From NCBI RefSeq assembly GCF_009914755.1, contig NC_060928.1: a DNA stretch of 64,000 nucleotides; one strand, 5' to 3'. Of this stretch, positions 1-16,896 are shown piece by piece. The stretch's first letter is position 1. Every line of letters begins with the position of its first letter. Origin of the DNA: the human T2T-CHM13v2.0 reference genome, Homo sapiens. The notes under the pieces were generated by a model. It was not told the origin of the DNA. It saw only the letters and a program-made list of their open reading frames with translations, and did no database searches. The position numbers were made by a program, and so were the translations under genes.

Positions 1-19
1 CAGCCTGAGGTTCTTGGAA

Positions 20-420
20 TTGGAGACTAAGGCAAAGGCTTGCATGGAGAGTTCATTTAGGAATGTGATCCTAGGCAGGAAGAGTGAGGTTGGGACATAA
101 AATAAGGAAGGAAAAGCCAACTGGCCATCAATCCTGAGAGACATTTGAATGATCCTCATGACATAGTTCTCAAAACTGTCTGCTTGGAGAATAAATGGGT
201 AGAGCACTTATTCACCTGTTCCTGCCCTCATTAGTCAAAAATTGCCCCACATTGTTACTCTCCTGAAACTTCCAGGTAACACATGCACAGTGCATCCCAA
301 TCTTCAGCGTCAGAGAAAATACAGGGCAGGAAGAGGGAAGTATTCAGTGCAGGGCTGGATGAGATGCTGTCAGGTTGCACCTGGTGAAATGGGTCCAACC
401 TGCATAAAACTGTGTTCTGT
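20..420. mobile_element. Old ERVL-type LTR remnant (LTR16/LTR33-like)
   Basis: gagactaaggcaaaggcttgcatggagagttcatttaggaatgtgatcctaggcaggaagagtgagg resembles the LTR16/LTR33 terminal motif; boundaries approximate. Confidence 0.45.
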
Positions 421-611
421 CTAGAAGTGGTTACATAAAAGATAGGGCCAAGAGAATAAGCAGCTGTTTGCAAGTGGATTCCTGGATAAGTAATGTCGAA
501 ATGTAAACAGAATATGAGATCAGGCTGCCCTTGTCATCTGTACTGGATCTTTCATCAACGGTTTCCTCATATGCTGACCACTTATGAAGCAGGGTGCTGG
601 AAAGTAGGTGT

Positions 612-714
612 GGGAGAGAGGGATAGAAAGAGGGAGAGGGAGAGGGAAAGGGAGAGGGGGAGAGAGAGGAGGGGAGAGAGAGAGAGAGGGAGAGAGAGAG
701 AGAGAGACAGAGAC
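612..714 (+). repeat. GA-rich polypurine simple repeat
   Basis: (GA)n/(GGGAGA)n tract; explains the low-complexity ORFs 431-796 and 493-717. Confidence 0.95.
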
Positions 715-1969
715 TGACCAACCAAAAGGGAAGAAAACAACTATTTACTGATTCTCTATTTGATAGCACACAAATTTTATGCTGAATCACATTCATTTCT
801 CCAAACAGTGAACAGCTCTTGGATTTAAATATTCAAATCTCCAATTAAAGATAAACAGAATGACACTCAGGTTAGTTGAGTAATGTGTACAAGGTCACAC
901 AACTATAATTAAAATCTAGGTGAACTCCTCCATGATTTTTCGTCCAAGGTTAGTTAGACACAGTCTCTACCTTCAGGAAGCTTGCATTCCCATAGAAGGG
1001 AAAACAACATGCAGATGTTAGCAGTCACAACGTCCTGCAGGATCATTGACCACTGACCAGGAGAAAGCCAGTACCTAGACTTAGAGTTTTCAAAGATTGG
1101 ATAGATGTGCTTCAAAATAATGATTATGCCTTAATGCTAGATGACTTTAGGAAATCTAGGGTACAAAGCACACCAGACATATATAACTTTGTTTTCCTTT
1201 TTTTGCTACTATAGAACATATTTATTAATATTTTGAACAGGTTCAGCTACCGGTAATTTTAGAAAGGGAAGTGAGGAGGAGAGCACATGTTCACCTGATG
1301 AGCCCAGCTAAGTTGCTGCCAGGCCGGAAACCTTGGCAGAGTGTCCAGATTAGGACCCTGGAGGCAATGAAAACAGCAGAGAACTTAGGACAGAGAGTTC
1401 TGTGTCTGTTAATAGGGCACTTAGTCACTTGCAAGGTTAAAATAGCCTACTGGGATTCTCTGTTTTCATCTAGAAATTTAATATTTGTAACACACTTTTC
1501 ATGTTATTAATAATAAAATAGCTTCTTACTATATTGTCTTCAGAGGATACACAAATGAAAACTATTGGGGCCACTCAGGACTGTAACTATTGCTGGTTTT
1601 TCAGGTGGAGTCATGCCAAAGCAACGTGAATTATGATAAAGCCCAGGGATACTCTGCTGTGTCAGAGCTCACAGTTGAGGTTAGAGAGTATTGCCCCATC
1701 ATGGACCCAACCATCATATTGTGTGATCTTCTCCGGCAAAAGAGTCTGGCAAGGAGCAAAGCAGAAACTAGTAAACTTGAAAAAGAAAGATGCTGGGCAA
1801 GATCATTGGGAAGTTAGGTTGAAGAATCCAATCTGAGCCTTCGTGGCCATACGTGGTTCCATAACTATATGGTGAGATCTATTTGTCAAACACTTTCATT
1901 TCCCTCCATTCCTCCAACTATAAACACATGTATATGCATACACACACACACAGGGATGAACACATTTAA

Positions 1970-2602
1970 ATAACACTGCTGGTGGGAATGTAAATTCATT
2001 CAGCCACTGTGGAAAGCCACCAACATTTGTCTGGTGTTTTCTGAAAGAAGTTAAGACAGAATTGCCATTCAACCCAGCAATGCCATTATTGACTATATAC
2101 CCAAATGAATATAAATCATTCTACTGTAAAGATACATGCATATGTTCACCACAGCAGTATTCCCATTAGCAAAGCTAAAGAATCAACCTAAATGCCATCA
2201 GTGATGTACCAGATAAAGAAAATGTGGTACGTGTATGCCATGGAATACTATGCAGCCATATAAAGGAACAAGATCATGTTTTTTGCAGCAACATGGGTGG
2301 AGCTGGAGGCCATTATCCTAAGTGAGTTAACACAAGAACAGAAACCCAAATACCACATGTCCTCACTTATAGGTAGGAGCTAAACAACAAGCACATACGA
2401 ACACAAAGCAAGGAACAGTAGACACTGGGGCCCACTTGAGGGTGGAGGGTGGGAGGAGGGAGAGAATCAAAAAACTACCCATCAGGTACTATGTTTATTA
2501 CCTGAGTGGTAAAATAATCTGTACTCCAAAACCCAGCAACATGCAATTTACCCATGTAGCAAAGCTGCACATGTACCCCTGAATTTAAAAGTTTTTAAAA
2601 AA
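1970..2602 (+). mobile_element. L1 3' fragment (L1PA15/16- or L1PB-like)
   Basis: ORF2 C-terminal region (ggtgggaatgtaaatt...ccattcaacccagcaat) and 3' UTR ending gcacatgtacccctgaatttaaaag. Confidence 0.85.
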
Positions 2603-2814
2603 TCCATATTTATGTTATAAAATAATTATTCATTAAACTCCCATTTCAAGAGAAGAAAAAAGAATGTAGGAAAACATAAAAGATCAGAACAATGGGAGAT
2701 GGAAATCCTCAGTTGGAAGTCATTTCTTGTTCCGGAGACAGCTCCTTGAGGCTATGAGAGCTACCATTTATTCTTTGCTAAGATGAACCAGGTTTCTCCT
2801 CTTTAATGTTCAAA

Positions 2815-2960
2815 ATAGCTCTTTGAGGTGAATATTTATTATGCTTATTTTACAGATGAAGAAACTCCAGCACAGGGAGATTAAATAACTTGCCCAAAGT
2901 CTTTAGCTGGTGAATGATGAGGCTGAGATTCAATTCCATGTTTCCCTGATTAGGAATTCA
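2815..2960 (-). mobile_element. MIR
   Basis: core attttacagatgaagaaact...ttaaataacttgcccaaagtc. Confidence 0.8.
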
Positions 2961-4944
2961 GATCTCCCTCATGTATACACAGTGCAATCCCCATTCTTGC
3001 CAAATCTTAAGATTCTTTTACTGAAGAGATTTAAAACTGCCCTACCCTTCCTCTCTGTTCTGTGTCACCAGACATTGGTAAAAAAAACGCTACTTCAAAC
3101 ACTAACACTGGATCGAGACTAAGAAGCAGATCTTTACATATTTTCCACCGACTTTTTACTTCCTTGTATTTTTACGTATTTATGGCTTATCGATAAAGGA
3201 TTGCAAGTTGAGTTTTTGAACGATGGGCCATAAACCCTCAGCCCTAAAATTTTTATTCATTTATCCCACAAACAATTATTGTAGCAAACATTGTGCCAGA
3301 TACTTGATATACCCAATGAATGGGTTCCTGGCTTCAAAGAATTGAAAACACAACTTATATGAAAAGAAAAGGAGACATAGACAGAGGTGAAAACTAGGAA
3401 GAGTGAGGTAAATATCGCATTGAGAGTCCACACAGTGTACTGTGAGGGCACAAAAATCTGTGCCAACACCAAATAAGATATCCTGGTGGTGTGACTAGGA
3501 AATGTTTTTAGACTTTGCAAATGGAAGAAAGGATTTGTCATCATTTGAGATGGGGGGTGGAGGAGTGGAGCAGGTTGTGATGGTGGGTAGGGTGGGAGGT
3601 TAATGAAAGGTCCAATTTGAATTGTCTATTAGACTCCCAAATAGAGAGGCAACATAAAATAGTTGAATGTTGAATCTGGAGTTTGGCAGAGAGGTCTGGA
3701 CCCTTCGGCATATTGATAGTGTTTAAAGCCTGATGCTGGGTAAGATCATCAAAGGGATGAATTTGTAAGGGAAGAGATGGAGAACAAGCACTGAGCCTAG
3801 GGAGACTCCAGATGAAAAGATCAGGAAGCCAAGACACCAATACACGAAAATGAGAAAGAACCACCAGTAAAATAGAAATAAAATCAAGACACGTTACGTT
3901 ATTTTGCTGTTGTTGTTTTTGTGGTAAAAGCCACATAACATAATGTTTATCATTTTAATTATTGATAAGTGTACTATTCAGTGGCATTAAATATATTTAC
4001 AACATTGTGCAACTATCACACTGTCTACACTCAAACTTTCAAAATCATCCTCAATAAGAAAGCTGCACCCAATTAAAAGTAATTACCCTTTTCCCTACTT
4101 CTCACAACCTCTGGTATACTCCATTCTACATTTTGTCTCTGAATTTGCCTATTCTCAGTGCCTCATATAAGTAGAATCATATAACATTTTTTTCTACTGT
4201 ACCTAGCTTATTTATCTAAGGATGTTTTCAAGGTCTATTCATGTCATGGCACATACAAAAATTTTATTTTTTGTCTGAATAATATTCCATTGTATGTATA
4301 TATCACATCTTTTTTATTCTTTCCTCTCTTGATGAAAGCTTGGGTTGTCTCTACCTTTCAGATATTGTGAATAATGGAACTATGAACATTGGTGTGCAAG
4401 TATGTGTTCAGGTCCCTGCTTTTAATTATTTTGGATATATGAGTGAAATTTCTGCATCATATGGTAATTCTATGTTTAACCCTATGAGAACCCACAAATC
4501 TGTTTTCTGCAGTAGCTCCACCATTTTACACTCCCACCAGAAATACAAAAGTTTTTCAATTTCTCTGCATCCTCATTAACACTTTTTATTGCCTTTTTTC
4601 TTTTTAAAATTATAGTTATCCTAGTTGGTATAAAATGGTTTTGGTTTATGTTTCTCTACTAATTAATGATGTTAAATATCTTTTCATATGCTTATTGCTC
4701 CTTTGTATATCTTCTTCGGAGAAATGACTATTCTAGTCTTTTGCCTATTTTTGAATTGGATTGTTTCATTTTTGTTCTTGAAAGGTGCCAAGACCATTCT
4801 ACGGGGAAAAAGACAGTCTTTTCAACAAACAGTGCTGGAAAACTGGATATCTACATGCAAAAGTATGAAAGCAAATTATGTAACCACATACACTAACTCA
4901 AAATGGATAAAATGCCTAAACTTAAGGGCTAAAGCTATAAAACT

Positions 4945-5000
4945 TCTTTTTTTTTTTTTGAGATGGAGTCTTACTCTGTCTCCAGCCAGGCTGGGGTGCA
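4945..5000 (-). mobile_element. Severely 5'-truncated Alu (about 40 bp plus polyA) with TSD
   Basis: polyT + gagatggagtcttactctgtc...aggctggggtgca; agctataaaact repeated at 4933-4944 and 5000-5011. Confidence 0.85.
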
Positions 5001-5038
5001 GCTATAAAACTCTTAGAAAATACTGGGGGGAAATCTAC

Positions 5039-5448
5039 TGATATGCTTTGGATATCTGTCCCCTCAAAATCTCACATTAAAATGACTCCCAGTGTCAGAG
5101 GTGTGGCCTGGTGGGAGGCAATGGAATCATGGGAGTCAATCCCTCATGCATGGTTTAGAACCATCCCCTTGATAGTGATAAGTGAGTTCTTGCTCAGTTA
5201 GTCACGTGGGATCTGGTTGTTTAAAAGTCTGGGACCTCCCCCTCCTCACTCCCTTTCTCACCATGTGACACCACCTGTTCTCCCTTCACCTTCCGCCATG
5301 ATTGTAAGCTTCCTGAGTCCCTCCCCAGAGCCACATGCTGGAGCCCTGCTTGAAGAGCCTGCAGAACTGTAATACAAGTAAACTTCTCTATTTTTAATAA
5401 ATTATCTAAGCTCAGGTATTTATAGTGATGCAAGTACAAACCAACACA
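5039..5448 (+). mobile_element. MST-family (MSTB-like) MaLR solo LTR
   Basis: tgatatgctttggatatctgtcccctc...ccaacaca; 5-bp TSD tctac/tctat; interrupts L1 ORF2. Confidence 0.88.
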
Positions 5449-6709
5449 TCTATGTAACATTAGATTTCACAATGATTTCATAGGTATGATACCAAAAGCA
5501 CAGACAACAAAAGAAAAAGAAAATCAAAGTGAACAAAATTTCATAAAAATTAAGAATTATTGTACAACAAAGGATCCTGTCAAGAAAGTGAAAAGACACC
5601 CTACCAAATTGAAGAAATGCATTTGTGAATTGTGTATCTGGGTTTAATAGCCAGAATATATTAAGAGGCTTTAGAGTCCTGCAAATCTTAAAGAAAGAAT
5701 ACCAAATGCTGCTGATAAATCAAGTAAGATCAGGACCAAGAACTGACCACTGGATTTTGCAATTTGGAGGTCAGTGGAGACCTTGAAGTGAGTAGTCTCC
5801 ACAGAGGTATACGGAAGAAAGCCTACTTAGAGTGGTTTTAAAGGAAAAGAGGAGAGAAACTGGAAACAGAATAGACAGGTCTTTCAAGGTTTGCAGTAAA
5901 AGGAAGCATATGAATGGATAAAGACTCACAGGAAGAGGGGGTTCTAGAGGTTATTTCTAAGACAGAAATAGCACATGATTGAATGCTGATTACAATGACC
6001 TAACAGAGAGAAATGTCTATTGAGGATGTAAGAGAGAGGGAAGAATTGGTAAAGCAAAGTCCCCAGTGGAAGATAACTATATAGGGGAATGATACAAAGA
6101 TTTTGCTTATTTTACTAAATGTGGGGAGGCAAGCTAGTTTATTTGGTGTCTGCCATATACTAGGCACCATGCTTTGAATTCCCTATTCTACATAATTTCT
6201 CAAAAAATGTCTTTTCCCAACAGCTCTTTTAGGCTGCTCCCAAGGCTCAAAAAGATAAAATACCTTGAGCTAGTGAACAGCAGAGCCGGAGCTTTAATCT
6301 TCACCTACCTCCGTCCAAAGACCATCCTCCTACCTCAACAAATGCTACCTTCTCTAAAGGAGGAACAAACAAACAACAATAAGCTTCTAGCAGGTGTGAA
6401 AGATGGGACAAATTAGGAGGCAGGAAGCCAATTAGGAAGCTCCTTTAATCATCAGAATGAGCAGTGGTGACTGCAAGGGCCTTAGCTGAGATCAGGCAGT
6501 GGTACTGAGTGGGAAACCCAGTAGGGAGAACTTTATGAGGTGGGCTTCTCTGATATAGGGAGATGTAAGGGGTGAAAGTGAAGTCAGGAGAGGTATGGAG
6601 GAAGGGAATAATCTAAGACACCTCCCAGCTTTCTCATGAGAGTAGACAACAGAGGAGAACAGGTAATTCTAAGGTTAATAAATGAGGATAGGAAATAAAG
6701 AATTCTCAA

Positions 6710-7017
6710 GGTGGGGCGCAGTGGCTCATGCCTGTAATCCCAGCACTTTGGGAGGCCAAGGCAGATGGATCACCTGAGGTAAGGAGCTCAAGACCAGCCT
6801 GATCAATATGGTGAAACCCCAACTCTACTAAAAATACAAACACTAGACGGGCATGGTGGTGTGTGCCTGTAATCCCAGCTACTCAGGAGGCTGAGACAGG
6901 AGAATTGCTTAAACCCAGGAGGTGGAGGTTACAGTGAACCGAGATCATGCCATTGCCCTCCAGCCTGGGTGACAGAGTGAGACTCCATCTCAGAAAAAAA
7001 AAAAAAAAGAAAGAAAG
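6710..7017 (+). mobile_element. AluS full-length
   Basis: Dimeric Alu with A-tail; 13-bp TSD aaagaattctcaa at 6697-6709 and 7018-7030. Confidence 0.97.
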
Positions 7018-7097
7018 AAAGAATTCTCAAAGGAAAAGAACATATTAATGTGTGTGGATTCACGGTTTTTCTTCCATCCTTGTGTGTGCCACAATTC

Positions 7098-7483
7098 TGC
7101 ACTAAAAAACCTTAGACAAATTAAATGTAACACTTTAAATGAGGAAAAAGCAATTTAAGCGTCGGCAGCCCCCAAACCATAATAGGTTGAGAGAGACTCC
7201 AGGACAGCTGCTTGGTGGAAGAAAATTTATGGGCAGAGAACGTGATGTGCAGAGAATGGAAGTGAAGTAAAAAAATAGCTGGATTTGTTCCAGCATGGTA
7301 TTTGCTTATTTGAACATGGTTTGAACAGTTGGCCTTCCTTGACTAACCAAAACGTGGTGATCGGCACCAGAGTAGGTTACAGTCTATTTGTACATCCAGT
7401 TAGGTTTCAGTTCACTGTGCATGAAGAAACTTTTAGACTGAACTGAAAATATGGACAGGGGATGCTTTAGGCTAAACTTAACA
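7098..7483 (-). mobile_element. MER57-like ERV1 solo LTR
   Basis: Ends ...gctttaggctaaacttaaca (reverse of MER57 start TGTTAA..GTTTAGCCTAAAGC); internal agagtaggttacagtct..catccagttaggtt; flanks attc/actc. Confidence 0.8.
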
Positions 7484-8302
7484 ACTCTCTCCTCTGTCTT
7501 CCATCTCCCACTTTCGCCCCCTACTCACTGAGGAAGCATAAAGGTCCCCTCAGGAAAAAAAGTGATAACAGGAGAAGGACTATGTTATCATAAGGCTTAA
7601 GGTGCTGAGAAGAGGGGCAACTCTGAGAACAGGGCAGCAGAACAGGAGGAATGACAGAGGTGAATGTGCACAGCCCCTAGGAATCTGGCAGAGAAGAGAA
7701 AAGGCAAGGTTTTACAAAACATTAGTCATCTTTAATATGTATTGACCATTTATCATATGCAAAATACTATTCTGTGTGCATGTGTGTATATGTGTGTGTG
7801 CATGTGCATATGTATGTGAGTGTGTGTGTTGGGAGAGACCATCTTTAATCCTCCCAGTGTGGTAGGTGATTTCATTAGGCCCATTCTACCCTTGAAGATA
7901 CCATGGGAGGCTGAAAAACTAGCTTCCCAAAAGACGATCATATTTTAATTTCTAGAACTTGTGAATGTTACTTTATGTGGCAAAAAAGTTTTTTACAGAT
8001 GTGATGAAGTTAAGGACCTTGGGGAGAATTATCCTCGATTATCCAGGTGAGTACTAAATGCAATAAATCATATGTTTTCTTTTTCTTTTTTTTTTTTAAT
8101 TAACTTTAAGTTTTAGGGTACATGTGCACATTGTGCAGGTTAGTTACATATGTATACATGTGCCATGCTGGTGCGCTGCACCCACTAACTCGTCATCTAG
8201 CATTAGGTATATCTCCCGATGCTATCCCTCCCTCCTCCCCCCACCCCACCACAGTCCCCAGAGTGTGATATTCCCCTTCCTGTGTCCATGTGATCTCATT
8301 GT

Positions 8303-12126
<3,824 letters not shown>

Positions 12127-12189
12127 TATGATGTTAGCTGGTTATTTTGCTCATTAGTTGATGCAGTTTCTTCCTAGTCTCCATGGTCT

Positions 12190-13205
12190 TTACATTTTGG
12201 CATGATTTTGCAGCGGCTGGTACCGGTTGTTCCTTTCCATGTTCAATGCTTCCTTCAGGAGCTCTTGTAAGGCAGGCCTTGTGGTGACAAAATCTCTCAG
12301 CATTTGCTTGTCTGTAAAGGATTTTATTTCTCCTTCACTTATGAAGCTTAGTTTGGCTGGATATGAGATTCTGGGTTGAAAATTCTTTTCTTTAAGAATG
12401 TTGAATATTGGCCCCCACTGTCTTCTGGCTTGTAGGGTTTCTGCCGAGAGATCCGCTGTTAGTCTGATGGGCTTCCCTTTGAGGGTAACCCGACCTTTCT
12501 CTCTGGCTGCCCTTAACATTTTTTCCTTCATTTCAACTTTGGTGAATCTGACAATTATGTGTCTTGGAGTTGCTCTTCTCGAGGAGTATCTTTGTGGCAT
12601 TCTCTTATTTCCTGAATCTGAATGTTGCCCTGCCTTGCTAGATTGGGGAAGTTCTCCTGGATAATATCCTGCAGAGTGTTTTCCAACTTGGTTCCATTCT
12701 CCCCATCACTTTCAGGTACACCAATCAGACGTAGATTTGGTCTTTTCACATAGTCCCATATTTCTTGGAGGCTTTGCTCATTTCTGTTTATTCTTTTTTC
12801 TCTAAACTTCCCTTCTTGCTTCATTTCACTCATTTCATCTTCCATTGCTGATACCCTTTCTTCCAGTTGATTGCATCGGCTCCTGAGGCTTCTGCATTCT
12901 TCATGTAATTCTCGAGCTTTGGTTTTCAGCTCCATCAGCTCCTTTAAGCACTTCTCTGTACTGGTTATTCTAGTTATACATTCTTCTAAATTTTTTTCAA
13001 AGTTTTCAACTTCTTTGCCTTTGGTTTGAATGTCCTCCCGTAGCTCAGAGTAATTTGATCGTCTGAAGCCTTCTTCTCTCAGCTCGTCAAAGTCATTCTC
13101 CATCCAGCTTTGTTCCGTTGCTGGTGAGGGACTGCGTTCCTTTGGAGGAGGAGAGGCGCTCTGCTTTTTAGAGTTTCCAGTTTTTCTGTTCTGTTTTTTC
13201 CCCAT
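12190..13205 (-). pseudogene. L1 ORF1p (RNA-binding protein), frameshifted
   Basis: MGKKQNRKTGNSK...QPLQNHAKM split over two frames; 1-bp deletion near 12606 (IQEIRE instead of IQEIQR); span 1016 bp. Confidence 0.97.
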
Positions 13206-14112
13206 CTTTGTGGTTTTATCTACTTTTGGTCTTTGATGATGGTGATGTACAGATGGGTTTTTGGTGTGGATGTCCTTTCTGTTTGTTAGTTTTCCTTCTA
13301 ACAGAGAGGACCCTCAGCTGCAGGTGTGTTGGAATACCCTGCCGTGTGAGGTGTCAGTGTGCCCCTGCTGGGGGGTGCCTCCCAGTTAGGCTGCTCGGGG
13401 GTCAGGGGTCAGGGACCCACTTGAGGAGGCAGTCTGCCGGTTCTCAGATCTCCAGCTGCGTGCTGGGAGAACCACTGCTCTCTTCAAAGCTGTCAGACAG
13501 GGACATTTAAGTCTGCAGAGGTTACTGCTGTCTTTTTGTTTGTCTGTGCCCTGCTCCCAGAGGTGGAGCCTACAGAGGCAGGCAGGCCTCCTTGAGCTGT
13601 GGTGGGCTCCACCCAGTTCGAGCTTCCAGGCTGCTTTGTTTACCTAATCAAGCCTGGGCAATGGCGGGCGCCCCTCCCCCAGCCTCGCTGCCGCCTTGCA
13701 GTTTGATCTCAGACTGCTGTGCTAGCAATCAGCGAGACTCTGTGGGCGTAGGACCCTCTGAGCCAGATGCGGGATATAATCTCGTGGTGCGCCGTTTTTT
13801 AAGCCCATCGGAAAAGCGCAGTATTTGGGTGGGAGTGACCCGATTTTCCAGGTGCCATCCATCACCCCTTTCTTTGACTCAGAAAGGGAACTCCCTGACC
13901 CCTTGCGCTTCCCAAGTGAGGCAATGCCTTGCCCTGCTTCGGCTCGCGCACGGTGCACGCACCCACTGACCTGCGCCCACTGTCTGGCACTCTCTAGTGA
14001 GATGAACCCGGTACCTCAGATGGAAATGCAGAAATCACCCGTCTTCTGCGTCGCTCACACTGGGAGCTGTAGACCGGAGCTGTTCCTATTCGGCTATCTT
14101 GGCTCCTCCCCC
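13206..14112 (-). promoter_or_regulatory. L1 5' UTR internal sense promoter and antisense promoter (CpG-rich)
   Basis: Complete 5' UTR and the most CpG-rich part of the window; promoter function is established for the family but activity of this copy is unknown. Confidence 0.8.
13661..13969 (+). CDS. ORF0: L1 antisense ORF0, open for 102 aa
   Basis: ATG at 13661 in gcaATGG context; MAGAPPPASLPPCSLISDCCASNQRDSVGVGPSEP is the ORF0 N-terminus. Confidence 0.7.
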   Translation: MAGAPPPASLPPCSLISDCCASNQRDSVGVGPSEPDAGYNLVVRRFLSPSEKRSIWVGVTRFSRCHPSPLSLTQKGNSLTPCASQVRQCLALLRLAHGARTH

Positions 14113-14871
14113 ATATCATATGTTTTCTTACGAGAGAGGCGGAGAGATATTTTCTTATACATCAAGGAGAAGGTGATGTGAAAATAGAGCAGACAGAGGA
14201 TTGAAGATGCTGGCCTTGAAAATGGGAATGATGTGACCACAAGCCAAAGAATGCTGGCAGCCTCCAGAATCTGGAAGAGGCACAGATTCTCCTGTGGAGC
14301 ATCTGGAGGAAGATGGCCCTGCCGACATCTTGATTTTCCCCTAGTGATATTAATTTCAGATTTCTGGCCTCTAGAACTGTGGGAGAATACATTTCAGTTG
14401 TTTTAAGCCACCAAGTTTGTCATAATTTGTTGCAGCAGCCACAGGAGACTAATATAGATGCCAAAAGAGTTTAAGTAATTGGCCCAGTAAATTGCCAAGC
14501 TCTCTTCAAACCCAGGCAGTCTGACCTGGGCGGCCTTGAACAACTCCTCTGTCATCCTTCCTGGATGCTGGCCTCCTTCAAGTGTTTGCAAGAAACAAGT
14601 ATAAGGATTGGAATTCCTGTTGGTCTTAATTCTTTAACAATAATACCATTCTGCCACTCATCTTGGGGGCCCCTGCTTGATAGCCATCACACACAACAGG
14701 CACATGGCCAAGTTCAGGCCAGTGTGGGAAGTTAGTGGGGCAGCCAGAATAAGAGCCCACAACTCCAGAGCCCAACAGAGTTTGTTTATTTTTGAACCCA
14801 ATCTTCAAGAACTGCCTTGGAGCAGCTTTTAAACGGAGTCTCTGGGAGACTGGGGTGAATAATGCCTGTGA

Positions 14872-15577
<706 letters not shown>

Positions 15578-16559
15578 AATAGAGTTTCCTTGGCTCCTCC
15601 CCTTCCCTGAACTGGAGACCTTCTTTAGTCAGGCTTTAGAATACAATTAAAACCCTTTTTAAAAGGTTTCACATTTCCATGAAACATCTCTTCTGTCACT
15701 GGAGATATGCCAAGTGTCTTGCTGTGAGATGTTTTCTCCTCTGCATTCCTAATCTCTTGATGGGCACTGGGGGGTGACACCACCACCACAGTATTAGCCC
15801 TGTCCACCCCATTTCCTAGCACACCCTCCTCCACTAATGCACATTTTGTTCCCATCACCAGGATCTCCTCAGCACCTCCTCTGTACAAACTGTTCCTCCT
15901 TCTCACAACAGTCTCTCTGTGTCCTCTAGGACACATGTACCCACCCCCGTCTTCCCTGAATGATTTGGTTGTACTCGCAGGGGCCACTCTGTTGCCACTT
16001 CCTCTGAGAAGCTCTCCTTGATCAAACTCCCACTAGGTCTGAGTGTGGTCCCCTCCCCATACTCCCATAGATCCTGTGTACATCCTGGTAATAACTTGTA
16101 GTGCCTGAAGGTGTAATAGTCTATGGATTGTCCACAAGCTCCTCAAGCAAGAATGTTGATTCACTTACCTGTCTTTTTTTTTTTTTTTTAATCCGGAATC
16201 CTGGCACATGCTAGGGGTTCACTAAGGATTTGTAAATCACTGGATGAAAGTACAAACAAGTGAATGGGTGGCTTTGGGTTTGCTTGTCTCTGAAGCCCTT
16301 TGTCCCTTGGCAGACAGTATAATGTGGCAATAATGTATCCTACTCATCTCTCTGTCCTTTATAGGGCCTTGCCCAGAGCAAGTGTTCAATATTATATTAT
16401 TGATTGATTCACATCAAAAATTAATCTTGATTGAAGAAATTTCAGATGTTACTGATGGTATTAACCTGAGGGCTCTGAATTCTAATAACCTAGACCCAGA
16501 ATTTATTTTCAAAACCTTATTCCTCACGATTTCCTCCAGTAAATCATTTCACTGCTTTC

Positions 16560-16896
16560 CAACAGGGCATACTCTTGAATATCCCTGTGTTTTTATCTAT
16601 GCTTTTGTTTCTACCTAGAATTCACTCTGATGTCCAGCTAGAAAACTTCTTATGTTCCAAGGTGCAGCCAGACTGGAAAGAACTGCTCCTTTCCCCAGCC
16701 AGATTTCTACACTTTGCACCCACTTCTATTACAGTATTTTCTACATTTAAATCAATGTAGTTGTTTAAGTGTTGGTCCCATTGTGCTGTGAGATTTTTGA
16801 AAATACAACAGTATCTTATTGAGCTTTGTACTGCTGTGTCTAGAGCCTATTGAGGTGCTCTATAAGTGCTTGATGACTGAATGAATGAATGAATGT
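16560..16896 (+). mobile_element. L2 3' end
   Basis: Ends gaggtgctctataagtgcttgatgactgaatgaatgaatgaatg, the typical L2 tail. Confidence 0.7.

Larger units (their letters stand above)
3915..5666 (-). mobile_element. Old L1 (L1MB-like), 5'-inverted: 3' part on minus (3915-4780), upstream ORF2 part on plus (4781-5666)
   Basis: Minus-strand L1MB 3' end (aagtgtactattcagtggcattaa) switches at about 4780 to plus-strand ORF2 (aaaggtgccaagaccattc...tcttttcaacaaacagtgctggaaaactggata). Confidence 0.8.
3255..6060 (-). mobile_element. L2 remnant (3255-3900 and 5670-6060) split by an L1MB insertion
   Basis: L2 motifs gaatctggagtttggcagagaggtctgg on the left and aatgctgctgataaatcaagtaagat...gaactgaccactggattt on the right. 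Confidence 0.75.
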
